Shown: positions 18,855-28,729 of the stretch, in pieces
Numbering within the stretch: the first letter of the stretch is position 1
How the letters are laid out: the number at the start of each line of letters is the position of its first letter
Source of the DNA: Candidatus Dojkabacteria bacterium
Lineage (GTDB): Bacteria > Patescibacteriota > Dojkabacteria > SC72
DNA length: 64,000 nt
NCBI GenBank assembly: GCA_050950145.1
Contig: JBMNHB010000001.1
Coordinates: 492,820-556,819 of the forward strand
Direction: 5' to 3'
Made by a program: the position numbers and the translations under genes
The notes under the pieces: generated by a model
Seen by the model: the letters and a program-made list of their open reading frames with translations, nothing else
Databases searched by the model: none
What the model was told of the DNA's origin: nothing

Positions 18855-21569
18855 ATGGCATTAGAATTTGAAAGCAAACAAAAAACAATTATTGGTATAC
18901 ATAACAGAAAAAATAACACCTTTTCTGTTTCAAAAAAAGATAACCCTATACCAAAAGATGAAGATCACTCAATATTCTTACTAACTAGAGATAATTTTTT
19001 TTCCATATCAACACCACAAATCAAATATCTTTTAAAAAGTAGTCCAAAATACGAAAAATTTGAAAATATTAAAAGCATTGTAATAAATACTCTTCTAATA
19101 CCTGGATTACTTATAGCAGTAACATACATTCTTAAGTTTTCATCACTCTTACAAGACTATCCACAAATTACAAAAATACTAAACCTACCCATTGTAAATA
19201 TCCTCTTTGGAATATCAATTTTTTCAATCTTGCTTCTTTGGCATGATTTCTGGGGAGATAGGAATGAACAAATTAATCTTCCTAAAATAAAGAAAATCTC
19301 TCAAAAAGATTTAGATGAAATCAATACTGTTGGTTTTAAATTTGGTAGATATGCAAATTTAGACACTGTAAACTACATCTCTTCAGAGACAATACATTTA
19401 CTATCTGATTTCTGTATTAATGAAACCTTTAAAACCCATACTTGTTACAGCACCCTAATTAAAGAGAGTTTTGAAATACAGCAGATTCTTAGAAGAAGTG
19501 GACTTGAATCATACGAAGAGAAGCTAAAAGAAGCGAGAATTACAGACAAAGAGGTAAATAATTTTGACTTTACATCAATTAGAGGATTGCTTATTTACGC
19601 CTTAGAAGAAGCACTACTAACTGAAAGTAAACGTATTGAACCCCAACACATATTCTTGGCAATTACAAAAATCAATCCTTCTATACAAAAACTATTACAA
19701 AAAGAGAATCTAAATATAGATATCCTCAGAGAGGTCGTTAAATACCATAATTTCTTAATTCAAAGGAGAGCAAAACCATTAGATCCCGACATCCCATACT
19801 ACCGAAAAGGGGGTATAGGAAAAGCTTGGATTTACGGATGGACTTTCATTCTTGGACACTTCAGTAAAGAAGTTAATAAAACAATTGCAAGCTCAAAAGA
19901 TATTTTTGGAATAGGACATGATGAAGAAGTAGAAAGTTTAGTCTCAACATTGGGTAAAGTTACAAACAAAAATGCGTTATTAATAGGAGAACCAGGTGTT
20001 GGGAAATCTAGCATTATTCTCGGATTAGCACAAAGAATTAATAGGGGTGATGTACCCATTCAATTAAAAGATAAAAGAATTATAGAATTAGACATTAATG
20101 CTCTAATTGCACAATCACAAAATACAGGAAATCTAGAAGAATTAATTATCAAAGCTATGACTGAGTTAGCAAAAGCAGGAAATACAATTCTTTACATAGA
20201 TGAGATACAACAGATAATACCTGTAAAAGCAGCAGAGAGTGGACATAGTATAGCAGGAATAATGCTACCATATATATTAAATAGCCAATTCCCAATAGTT
20301 GGAAGTATTAACTACGCTGATTACAAGAAATATTTTTACACAAACGAATCTCTAAGACAGAGTTTTACAAACATAGAAACCAAAGAAATTTCTGCAGCAG
20401 ATGCTTTAACAATCCTAGAAAGTAAAATACCATCATTAGAGAGTAACTTTAATTGCTTTGTAACATTTCCAGCCCTTTTTGCAGCAGTAGAAGTCTCTCA
20501 GAGATATATTAGAGACAGAAAGTTGCCAAGTAGTGCAGTGCAAACTATAGAAGCAACATGTTCGTGGGCACAAGCAAATGGAATAAACAAGATTACAGCT
20601 GAACATGTGTCAAAAGCAATTTCTATACAAAGAAATATTAACATCGCAGAAATTGATCAAGATGAAAGTAATAAATTGATGAAGTTAGAAGAAAATATAA
20701 AGAATAAGATTGTAGGACAGGATGAAGCTGTAACTGCAATATCCGAAGCATTAAGAAGAGCAAGAGCAGATATTAGGAATCCAAACAAACCAATAGGTTC
20801 TTTCCTATTCATTGGTCCAACTGGTGTAGGTAAAACATATCTAGCAAAAGTAGTAGGAGAAGAATATTTCGGATCACAAGATACAATTATAAGATTAGAT
20901 ATGTCTGAGTACCAAGAAGTTTCAAGTATTAATAAATTTTTAGGAACATCCGAAGGCGATAGTCTGCTAGGAGTAACAGAGATTTCACTAATAGATAGAA
21001 TTAAGAGAAATGCCCATACAGTGGTTCTTTTTGACGAAATTGAAAAAGCACATCCAGACATTCTAAATCTTTTCCTACAGATCTTTGATGAAGGTAGGTT
21101 AACCAGTACTCAAGGAGAAACAGTTGATTTCACACATTCAATCATTATCTGTACAAGTAATATTGGAAGTAAGATACTTCTAGATTCCCTTAACGAACCC
21201 AACATTATATGGGAAGAAGTAAAAGAAAGAGTTCTATTAGAATTAAGACAATTAATGAAGCCAGAACTAATTAACAGATTTGATGATATTATTGTTTTCC
21301 AACCACATGATACAAGTAACCTATCTGAAATAGCAGTATTAGAATTAAACCAACTAGCAAAGAGATTAGCAGAAAAAGAAATAACCATTAAGTGGTCAGC
21401 TCAAATTCCAATGCTAATTGCAAATAAATCAAATGAACCAGGAATGGGTGCAAGACCAATGAAGAGATATATCCAAGATAATATAGAAGGGCAAATTGCA
21501 AAAGGAATAATTGAGCAGACAATAAAGCCCGGAGAGGAGATTGAAATCAAGGAAAGCTGGATAACATAA
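18855..21569 (+). CDS. Clp/Hsp100 AAA+ ATPase (ClpC/ClpA-like) with unusual N-terminal transmembrane extension
   Basis: D1 has GEPGVGKSSIILGLAQRI plus ILYIDEIQ. D2 has LFIGPTGVGKTYLAKVV, RLDMSEYQE and VVLFDEIEKAHPD. A Clp_N-like repeat region is present. Two predicted TM helices lie at about aa 66-128. Confidence 0.75.
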   Translation: MALEFESKQKTIIGIHNRKNNTFSVSKKDNPIPKDEDHSIFLLTRDNFFSISTPQIKYLLKSSPKYEKFENIKSIVINTLLIPGLLIAVTYILKFSSLLQDYPQITKILNLPIVNILFGISIFSILLLWHDFWGDRNEQINLPKIKKISQKDLDEINTVGFKFGRYANLDTVNYISSETIHLLSDFCINETFKTHTCYSTLIKESFEIQQILRRSGLESYEEKLKEARITDKEVNNFDFTSIRGLLIYALEEALLTESKRIEPQHIFLAITKINPSIQKLLQKENLNIDILREVVKYHNFLIQRRAKPLDPDIPYYRKGGIGKAWIYGWTFILGHFSKEVNKTIASSKDIFGIGHDEEVESLVSTLGKVTNKNALLIGEPGVGKSSIILGLAQRINRGDVPIQLKDKRIIELDINALIAQSQNTGNLEELIIKAMTELAKAGNTILYIDEIQQIIPVKAAESGHSIAGIMLPYILNSQFPIVGSINYADYKKYFYTNESLRQSFTNIETKEISAADALTILESKIPSLESNFNCFVTFPALFAAVEVSQRYIRDRKLPSSAVQTIEATCSWAQANGINKITAEHVSKAISIQRNINIAEIDQDESNKLMKLEENIKNKIVGQDEAVTAISEALRRARADIRNPNKPIGSFLFIGPTGVGKTYLAKVVGEEYFGSQDTIIRLDMSEYQEVSSINKFLGTSEGDSLLGVTEISLIDRIKRNAHTVVLFDEIEKAHPDILNLFLQIFDEGRLTSTQGETVDFTHSIIICTSNIGSKILLDSLNEPNIIWEEVKERVLLELRQLMKPELINRFDDIIVFQPHDTSNLSEIAVLELNQLAKRLAEKEITIKWSAQIPMLIANKSNEPGMGARPMKRYIQDNIEGQIAKGIIEQTIKPGEEIEIKESWIT

Positions 21570-21653
21570 CTGAAATTAACTTAAACCGACCTATAAGAAG
21601 ATTAAAATTCTATTAAATATACAGATAAACATATACTAGAAAAGAATAAACTA

Positions 21654-21698
21654 ACAGACCTGGTCTGTCTTGAAAAATATTGATATATAAAATATAAT
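21654..21698 (+). promoter_or_regulatory. Palindrome ACAGACCtGGTCTGT followed after 1 nt by a sigma70-like promoter TTGAAA-17-TATAAT for the rpmF operon
   Basis: Palindrome 21654-21668, -35 at 21670-21675, 17-nt spacer, -10 at 21693-21698. rpmF ATG at 21728. Confidence 0.6.
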
Positions 21699-21727
21699 CG
21701 TCAAGTTAATATATACTTTAAATAAAA

Positions 21728-21886
21728 ATGGGTGCACTACCAAAAAGAAGAATTTCTAAGGCTAGAAAAGGAAGAAGAAGAGCACATAATGCATTGAAGC
21801 TGGAAGGTGTTTCAAAATGTCCAAAGTGTGGAAGCTTAAAGAGAAGCCACTTTGTCTGTCCTAATTGTGGAACATATAAGAAATAA
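21728..21886 (+). CDS. rpmF: 50S ribosomal protein L32 (bL32)
   Basis: 52 aa [52 protein letters not shown] with a Cys4 zinc ribbon. It is missed by the ORF track (<60 aa), and its stop overlaps the nusB ATG. Confidence 0.8.
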   Translation: MGALPKRRISKARKGRRRAHNALKLEGVSKCPKCGSLKRSHFVCPNCGTYKK

Positions 21887-22329
21887 TGAAGAGATCTACA
21901 GATCCAAGACATCTTGCTAGAATACTTGCACTGCAAAGTCTTTTTACTAAATATTTTGCACAAGAAGACATTGTAACAGATATGATACCTGTTACAGAGT
22001 TACTCACGATAGATGAAATAGAGGAATACAATACTGAATTGTTTGAAAAAATTACCAAGGGTGTTGTTAAGAATATAGATGAGATAGACAAGATGATTAC
22101 AAAGTATGCTCCTCAATGGCCGATTAAACAAATGAAGCTTGTTGATTTACAGATATTAAGAATAGCTATCTATGAAGGCTTCATTGAAGAAATTACCCCA
22201 CCTAAAGTATCAATAGATGAAGCTATTGAAATTGCAAAAGATTTCGGTGGTCAAAGTAGTGGAAAATTCGTAAATGGTGTACTAGGAGCAATATATGAAG
22301 AGATGAAAAAGGAGGAAGAAAATGAATGA
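21886..22329 (+). CDS. nusB: Transcription antitermination factor NusB
   Basis: [13 protein letters not shown] matches the NusB N-terminal signature (RRxAReLAlQaLy). The size is right for NusB. Confidence 0.7.
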   Translation: MKRSTDPRHLARILALQSLFTKYFAQEDIVTDMIPVTELLTIDEIEEYNTELFEKITKGVVKNIDEIDKMITKYAPQWPIKQMKLVDLQILRIAIYEGFIEEITPPKVSIDEAIEIAKDFGGQSSGKFVNGVLGAIYEEMKKEEENE

Positions 22330-23023
22330 AATTAAGGAAATAGAAGAAAAAATAGGGATATCATTCAAGAACAAAACATATCTTGAAACTGCATTTACTC
22401 ATAGATCATACCTAAATGAAAATAAGGAAGAGGATATAGAAAACAATGAGAGATTAGAATTTCTAGGAGATGCGGTTCTAGAATTAATAATATCTTCTAA
22501 CCTCTATCATAACTATTTAGATAAAGCAGAAGGAGAACTAACAAGTATAAGAGCAGCTATTGTTAGAACAGAAAGCTTGGCAGAAGAGACAAAGAAACTT
22601 GACGTTGGACAATATTTAAGAATGTCTAAAGGAGAGAAAGATTCTGGAGGAGAAGAGAAACCATATCTTCTAGCAAACCTTTATGAGGCAATACTTGGAG
22701 CAATATATCTTGATGCTGGGTATGAGGAGTGTCGTAATTTTGTAGATAGAACACTTCTTAAAAAGATTAAAAAGATTATTAATGAAAAGCTTTTTATAGA
22801 CCCTAAAACAAAGATACAGGAAATTATGCAGAGTAGATTTAAGATAACTCCAACATATGAAATTATTAAAGAAGAAGGTCCTGATCATAATAAGTCTTTT
22901 ACCGTAGCACTCATGAGAGGAAAGAAAAAAATAGTAGAAGGAGTAGGACAGAGTAAACAGAAAGCAGAAGAAGATGCTGCTAGTAATGCAATAGAGATTT
23001 TTGAGAATGAAGCAGAATCTTGA
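22322..23023 (+). CDS. rnc: Ribonuclease III
   Basis: ETAFTHRSY plus [13 protein letters not shown] is the RNase III signature, and a C-terminal dsRBD is present. Confidence 0.85.
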   Translation: MNEIKEIEEKIGISFKNKTYLETAFTHRSYLNENKEEDIENNERLEFLGDAVLELIISSNLYHNYLDKAEGELTSIRAAIVRTESLAEETKKLDVGQYLRMSKGEKDSGGEEKPYLLANLYEAILGAIYLDAGYEECRNFVDRTLLKKIKKIINEKLFIDPKTKIQEIMQSRFKITPTYEIIKEEGPDHNKSFTVALMRGKKKIVEGVGQSKQKAEEDAASNAIEIFENEAES

Positions 23024-23056
23024 ATTAAATAAGTTCTTTTGATAAAATTCAGCACT

Positions 23057-23353
23057 ATGTTAAAAATAAGACTAAAAAGAGTTGGTAGAAGTAAAGACCC
23101 TAGTTACAGAATTGTAGTAATGGAGTCTACTCAACCTAGAGGTGGAAAAACCAAAGATGAGATTGGTATCTATGACCCTAGAAAAAACCTATTTGATGTT
23201 GATAAAGAAAAAGCAGAGAAATGGTTAAAGAATGGGGCTCAGCCAACAGACACTATTGCACAATATTTTGTAAAAGAAGGACTTCTAAAGAAGTTAAAAA
23301 GAGGTTCTACCAAACCAAGTACAAAGAAGAAAGCAGAAAAAGCAGAAGAGTAG
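23057..23353 (+). CDS. rpsP: 30S ribosomal protein S16 (bS16)
   Basis: MLKIRLKRVGRSKDPSYRIVV. The ORF-track start at 23039 is an upstream TTG; the ATG at 23057 gives the canonical N-terminus. Confidence 0.85.
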   Translation: MLKIRLKRVGRSKDPSYRIVVMESTQPRGGKTKDEIGIYDPRKNLFDVDKEKAEKWLKNGAQPTDTIAQYFVKEGLLKKLKRGSTKPSTKKKAEKAEE

Positions 23354-23389
23354 TATAATTTATTTACATAATATATTACCTATACAAGA

Positions 23390-23704
23390 ATGAAAGAATT
23401 ACTAGAGTACATAGTTAAGTCTATTGTAAATGTTCCTGATGCTGTAGAGATTGAAGAGAAGGAAAGTGTAGACTTTCCTGGTCTTACAATCCTCACTATT
23501 AATGTCGCAGAAGACGACAAAGGTGTAGTCATTGGTAGGAAAGGAAGAACTATTAATGCTATCAGAGACTTAATCACTATTAATGCAATTAGAACAAACA
23601 GAAGAGTAAAAGTATTGATTAAAGATGATTCAAGAGAAGATAACGAAAAAAGTAATCATAAATCTAATGAGGTAGATGAAAGTATCTTTGAAGATGAGAT
23701 CTAA
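23390..23704 (+). CDS. KH-domain RNA-binding protein (UPF0109/YlqC-like)
   Basis: A small protein with GRKGRTINAIRDL, a GxxG KH-like motif. It is conserved downstream of rpsP in many bacteria. Confidence 0.55.
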   Translation: MKELLEYIVKSIVNVPDAVEIEEKESVDFPGLTILTINVAEDDKGVVIGRKGRTINAIRDLITINAIRTNRRVKVLIKDDSREDNEKSNHKSNEVDESIFEDEI

Positions 23705-24426
23705 TTATCAGTTACATCTGAGCTAAGTCTCTTAGCTTTATCTTTTAATATTTCCATTGCATCAGAAAAATCTGTATATGGTTTAAATGGTTGATACAGA
23801 TTAAAGACTGCATAATCATCCTCTGTAATATAATATCCTGTTAAACTAAGCTTAACTTCCCATCTTTCAGCACTTCTTTCCAATGAAATATTTTCAGGAG
23901 AAACAATATATGGAGAAGAAGTATAGAAACTATCTAAGAAAGATAAAACATTTTCTAAAGAACCATAATAAGCTAAAGGACCATTAACACCCTTATACCT
24001 CTCATTCTGTTTGTCGTCTTCTTTTTTTGTAGTACCAATATTAACATCACCTGCAGAAATAGAATCAGCTGTTAAATTCTTAAGTCTAGCAAGCTCATCA
24101 ATATAATAGAGGAAACTAGAGACCTTTAATGTCCTAGGTATAACGTTTTTTACATCAATTAAATCTTTTGTTAATTGGTCTTCAGAAATCTTCTCTACAG
24201 ATTCTTTTAAAGTAGTAAGCTGCTTACTTTTTGATTCAATACTCTTCAATTCGGTACGATATCCAGATGCTTTGGTTAACATTGGAATGAAGAGAAAAAC
24301 AGTTATTAGTATCAAGATGATAGCAACAACTATTGGAATAACTAAATCCTTAAACTTTAATCTAGTACCTTTTACTCTCTCACTAATACTTTCTAATTTT
24401 TTCTTGTTATTCGTTTGTCGTATCAT
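23701..24426 (-). CDS. PilO-like type IV pilus assembly protein (bitopic)
   Basis: N-terminal TM helix plus coiled coil. It is the last gene of the pilM-N-O arrangement; assigned by position and topology only. Confidence 0.35.
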   Translation of the reverse strand: MIRQTNNKKKLESISERVKGTRLKFKDLVIPIVVAIILILITVFLFIPMLTKASGYRTELKSIESKSKQLTTLKESVEKISEDQLTKDLIDVKNVIPRTLKVSSFLYYIDELARLKNLTADSISAGDVNIGTTKKEDDKQNERYKGVNGPLAYYGSLENVLSFLDSFYTSSPYIVSPENISLERSAERWEVKLSLTGYYITEDDYAVFNLYQPFKPYTDFSDAMEILKDKAKRLSSDVTDN

Positions 24427-25096
24427 TTTTATTTTCTAAACTTTTAGTGTTAAATGCACCTTCTTTCATAGTTACCTTAAAAGAAAATCTAACTGAGTCA
24501 TCTAATTTTGATATAGAGTCTAAAATAGCATTATCTACCTTCTCATCTTCCGTTAAAAGATACCAGAATCTAGATACTGTATCTAAAGTATTTCCCTTAC
24601 CTTCAAAATCTAAACTTGTATCAGATCTAAAAATAAACCTATCTAAATGAATATTTTGATCAAAAGAAGCTATATTAGAGAAATAATCAAAAATAATTTT
24701 AGGAGAATATTGATTAGATTCAATGTCGTTATATAAGTAAATTCTCTTCAAAATCTCATTATTAGATAATATTTTTGAACTAAATTGCTTCATATCCTGT
24801 TCTTGTTTGGATAAATTTGTTTTAGCATTATCAACCTGAATCTTAGAAACAGTAGTAAAGACAACAATTGATATTGTAATAACTAAAAAGACAATAATAC
24901 TAACGATTGCAGATATATTAAGTTTAACTTTTTTCTTTTCTGCAACTACTTCTGAGCGAGACATTATTGGGATAAGATTTATAGAACTGTCATGATCCGC
25001 TATAAATGTATCCTCCTGCTTTTTAGGTTTTACCTCTTTAGCAGTCTGTGAAACTACTTTTTCTGATTTGTTTTTTACTTCTTGTTCCTTATTCAT
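24407..25096 (-). CDS. PilN-like type IV pilus assembly protein (bitopic)
   Basis: Cytoplasmic basic N-terminus, a single TM helix, and a periplasmic domain. It lies directly downstream of pilM with an overlap. Confidence 0.4.
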   Translation of the reverse strand: MNKEQEVKNKSEKVVSQTAKEVKPKKQEDTFIADHDSSINLIPIMSRSEVVAEKKKVKLNISAIVSIIVFLVITISIVVFTTVSKIQVDNAKTNLSKQEQDMKQFSSKILSNNEILKRIYLYNDIESNQYSPKIIFDYFSNIASFDQNIHLDRFIFRSDTSLDFEGKGNTLDTVSRFWYLLTEDEKVDNAILDSISKLDDSVRFSFKVTMKEGAFNTKSLENKNDTTNE

Positions 25097-26120
25097 CTTT
25101 CAAAGCTAATCCTATTGCAACTGTATAAGATGGAGCTCCTTTCATTGCAATATCTTCAAATTTTTTATCCATTATAATATTATTCCATGGCATAGCTATC
25201 ATCGCATTTGCATTTAAACTCTTTGTTACATATTCTCTCAGACCAGGAAGTAAAGCACCATCACCACTTAGAATATAGTCAGTTGGAGCAATAGAAAAAG
25301 TTCTACTCTTAAAGAATTCAACACCTCTTCGTACCTCAACCATTATAGATTCAATAATAGGGGTAAGTACAGAATATATTTTACCTTCTAATACAGTCTC
25401 TACAACACCATAGTTTCTCTTAAACTCCTCAGCTCTCTGATTATCAAAATTGAATTTGTTAACTATTGCCTGTGTTAATGAGTCAGAACCAATTGCAATA
25501 CTTTGTGAGAATACTAAATATCCCTCTGAGATTATACTCATATCTGTACTATTTGCACCGAAATCTAGCATTACAACAGCTTTTTTACCAGTAGATTTAT
25601 ATATAGCTCGGCCCATTGCTACAGATTCTGTTTCAATTGAAAGTAGATCTAGCCCTGCCTGTGCTGCAATATTAATATATATATCTACAACCTTTTTAGC
25701 AGCTGCTACAACTAATACTCTAGGAGCATTTTTTTCCGTATTAAAACCAATAGGAACATAGTCTAACTGTACTTCATTAAGGGGTAGGGGAATATATTGT
25801 TTAGCTTCATAATATACAGCTTCCTTTAGTTCCTCCTGCTTTACACCTGGTAGTTCAAAAAATCTAGTAAAAACTGAGAACTCTGGAAGTGCCATTACTA
25901 CCTGTTTATTTTTAATTGCAGAGGCATCATAAAGTCTTTTAAGAACATCTGAAAGTTTCTTTTGATCTGCAACATCTTCGCTATTTATTACCCCCTTAGG
26001 TGTAGCTTGAGCTCCAAGATTTACAAGCCTTGGTTTGTCCGTAGAAATACCAGCTAGCTCTACAGCTTTTACAGAGTGAGTTCCAAAATCAATTCCAACA
26101 TGATCGGGCAGTTTAGCCAT
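25089..26120 (-). CDS. pilM: Type IV pilus assembly ATPase-like protein PilM (actin/FtsA fold)
   Basis: The N-terminal HVGIDFGTHSVKAVEL phosphate-1 motif and actin-like ATPase domain organisation are present. Confidence 0.75.
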   Translation of the reverse strand: MAKLPDHVGIDFGTHSVKAVELAGISTDKPRLVNLGAQATPKGVINSEDVADQKKLSDVLKRLYDASAIKNKQVVMALPEFSVFTRFFELPGVKQEELKEAVYYEAKQYIPLPLNEVQLDYVPIGFNTEKNAPRVLVVAAAKKVVDIYINIAAQAGLDLLSIETESVAMGRAIYKSTGKKAVVMLDFGANSTDMSIISEGYLVFSQSIAIGSDSLTQAIVNKFNFDNQRAEEFKRNYGVVETVLEGKIYSVLTPIIESIMVEVRRGVEFFKSRTFSIAPTDYILSGDGALLPGLREYVTKSLNANAMIAMPWNNIIMDKKFEDIAMKGAPSYTVAIGLALKDE

Positions 26121-26180
26121 GTTTATTTAATTCTTAAGTTATCTTTTAATATAATATATCAGGGATGTAGATAGTTTCAA

Positions 26181-26573
26181 CTATTCTAAATCACCAATAT
26201 ACTTGTTTAATTCCTTAACCAATCCTTCATAATCTAAATCTGTTTTAACAAGATATGAGGATGCTCCCAATGTAAATGATTCTCTAATAACAGATTCACT
26301 TGTCATATTTGTGAGTATAATAACAGGGGCATCTCCATATTTCCCTGTATTTGTCTTTATAGCTCTTAATACCTCCAAACCATCTACACCAGCCATCATT
26401 AAGTCTAACAAGATGATATCTACATTACCTAAGTTCTTTGCCAATATATCCAATGCCTGATATCCATCAGAAGCTATCAATACATTTAACCCTGCTGACT
26501 CTACCAATTCTTTGTAAGACTCAAGCAAGTCCTTTTCATCTTCTACTATTAATACTGTTTTGTTTTTACTCAT
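26181..26573 (-). CDS. Stand-alone response regulator receiver (CheY/PilH-like)
   Basis: LIVEDEKDL...DIILLDLMMAGVDG...K is a complete receiver with Asp and Lys residues. Confidence 0.8.
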   Translation of the reverse strand: MSKNKTVLIVEDEKDLLESYKELVESAGLNVLIASDGYQALDILAKNLGNVDIILLDLMMAGVDGLEVLRAIKTNTGKYGDAPVIILTNMTSESVIRESFTLGASSYLVKTDLDYEGLVKELNKYIGDLE

Positions 26574-26622
26574 GTGTAGTAATTCTTTAAATTTAGTAGT
26601 TCTAACTAATAATATTAATATC

Positions 26623-27333
26623 TTACCATATTACTCCCTCTGTTTTAACAACTGCTTGTCTATAAAAACTTCTATTTAACAATCCACCTTTTGCAAAATA
26701 CCAGTATACTGCAGAACTCTTTAAATCAAACTGTATTATTTTATTATAATCGTCTCCTGCTAAACTCTGTTTTATCTTAAAATCCTCAATATTCGCAAAT
26801 CTGGAGTTGAGAACTAAATAATTAGATTGATGGTTAACCTCAGGATTAAAACATCCTTTATGACCTTCAATATTATTATCCATATCCTCAATAGATGTTT
26901 TTAAAATATATCCTTTTACCACACCAGCATTATCAGTATCAGAAGGAGATCCTTTGTAATATGCAACACATAACCATCTACTAGAACCATTGGGCTTAAT
27001 ATGTATCTCATTTCCCGTCCCTGTTGTTACTTCCGTAAAGACTCCATCTCTAATACTAACATTATTATTAATGGTATCAAATTCTCTTCCACTACTATCA
27101 AATATCTTCACATAATCTGGACTCGTTGTTCTTATAGTTCTTTTAAGTAACTCAAGTACATACTCTGAATCCGTTCTAATTCTCGCTTTATTAGTAGCCG
27201 TGGTAGATACTCTTAGAAGAGTAGTTAAAACAAGTGCAGAGATTAACATAATAAAGCCGAGAAGAACTGTAGTTATTAACATTTCTATTAAACTAAAACC
27301 TTCATATGTTTTTCTTTTGTACACTCTTATCAT
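26623..27333 (-). CDS. Type IV pilin-like protein (pseudopilin / minor pilin)
   Basis: N-terminal prepilin motif KRKTYEGFSLIEMLITTVLLGFIM (G-F-S-L-I-E class III signal). Confidence 0.55.
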   Translation of the reverse strand: MIRVYKRKTYEGFSLIEMLITTVLLGFIMLISALVLTTLLRVSTTATNKARIRTDSEYVLELLKRTIRTTSPDYVKIFDSSGREFDTINNNVSIRDGVFTEVTTGTGNEIHIKPNGSSRWLCVAYYKGSPSDTDNAGVVKGYILKTSIEDMDNNIEGHKGCFNPEVNHQSNYLVLNSRFANIEDFKIKQSLAGDDYNKIIQFDLKSSAVYWYFAKGGLLNRSFYRQAVVKTEGVIW

Positions 27334-27908
27334 AATGCTATAATACTTGCATAATTATAATCTTTTACATTATTCTTACGAGTAAAGTCACCTTTACTCT
27401 GTATATGTCCTACCTTTACTACCACATTCAAATATTTTGATTGGGATAGGGAAGGAGCAGAGAGGCAAACATATCGGAAATACTCTTTCTTTTCTCCTGT
27501 TACATCTTGTTCTACAATAACAATTTTGCTGTCATTTCTATCTACAGGTTCCACTATTTTTGTATATACATTATTATCTTTTTTAAAATCAAATACTGTT
27601 CTATCTGCTGTTTCATCTACTATATATGGTACGTAACAGTTAGTAGCACCTGCTAATAAATCAAATTTTTCTTTTGGATCTTCTCCTTTATTTTTCATTT
27701 CAAGTATTATAGCTTCTGTCATAGTTGCTCCTTCTATAGCAAACTGTGTCATCTTATCTATTCTTTCATTCTGTACAGCATCCATTAAAGTACTGGCTGC
27801 TAGTCTCATTAGAACAACAGATGCTACACCAACAATCATAATAGCTATTAGAGATTCAACAAAACCTACAGCTTTATATTTTTTTATATTACTCATTTGC
27901 TTCAACAA
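27330..27908 (-). CDS. Type IV pilin-like protein (pseudopilin / minor pilin)
   Basis: N-terminal KAVGFVESLIAIMIVGVASVVLM prepilin-type cleavage/methylation segment. Confidence 0.5.
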   Translation of the reverse strand: MLKQMSNIKKYKAVGFVESLIAIMIVGVASVVLMRLAASTLMDAVQNERIDKMTQFAIEGATMTEAIILEMKNKGEDPKEKFDLLAGATNCYVPYIVDETADRTVFDFKKDNNVYTKIVEPVDRNDSKIVIVEQDVTGEKKEYFRYVCLSAPSLSQSKYLNVVVKVGHIQSKGDFTRKNNVKDYNYASIIAL

Positions 27909-28692
27909 TTACTCTTCCTGACATATTATATATTGTTATTTTCTTTCCTTTACCTCCAATACTTGGTTTTATTCTCATAACAAAATTGGTCGCATCCTCC
28001 CTAGGAGTCATTGGTGTCTCAGCAAGATTATAATTCAAGAGACGACCAAAGACATTATAGAAGAATGTTCTACCTGTCACAGATTCAAATAGTACATATC
28101 TAACAGTTTTGTTACGAATCGTATCTGTAGATAGTTGATTCACCTCTATAGTTCCTTTAGGAGGGTTAGCATCTATTCCTGTACCAACTCTCCCATCTCC
28201 ATAAAGTATATGTTCTTTCAACATTTGTTGTGAGCCATCTGTTCCACAATTTCCTGGAATAATTTCATCAAAATTTGTTTTTGGTATTTCTGAATTACCT
28301 GTACCTACAGTAGATGGCATGGTTGGATCATAATTAGGAACTAATGAACTTGTCCTCAAATCTCCATAGTCAGAAAATCCTGAGCACCATTTAAATACCT
28401 TGTACTGTCCATAAGTATCATCATTATTTATACTTCCAAAATCAATCCCTATGCCATATATCCAACCTTCATTTGATTTCTTTTCTAATAACATTGCATC
28501 TCTTTGTGCCTTTCTAATATTCTGTTCTAAATTGTTAGTATATTCATTTAGTCTAATTGTAGCTTGTAAGTTTTGATATGTAGCAAGAGATAGGGTAATA
28601 ATGGTAATTATTACTGCTATAACAATTAACATCTCTATAAGAGTAAAAGTTGAGTATTTTGAATTTTTGTAAAACATAGAGGGCAGATTCAA
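27889..28692 (-). CDS. Type IV pilin-like protein (pseudopilin / minor pilin)
   Basis: N-terminal KYSTFTLIEMLIVIAVIITIITL prepilin motif. Confidence 0.55.
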   Translation of the reverse strand: MNLPSMFYKNSKYSTFTLIEMLIVIAVIITIITLSLATYQNLQATIRLNEYTNNLEQNIRKAQRDAMLLEKKSNEGWIYGIGIDFGSINNDDTYGQYKVFKWCSGFSDYGDLRTSSLVPNYDPTMPSTVGTGNSEIPKTNFDEIIPGNCGTDGSQQMLKEHILYGDGRVGTGIDANPPKGTIEVNQLSTDTIRNKTVRYVLFESVTGRTFFYNVFGRLLNYNLAETPMTPREDATNFVMRIKPSIGGKGKKITIYNMSGRVIVEANE

Positions 28693-28729
28693 ATTACTAC
28701 TATTAATTTATCATATTGATTAATAACAA

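Noticed and set aside
21718-21963. Minus-strand 81-aa ORF
   Set aside because: It is antisense to the rpmF (bL32) gene, which is clearly the real gene.
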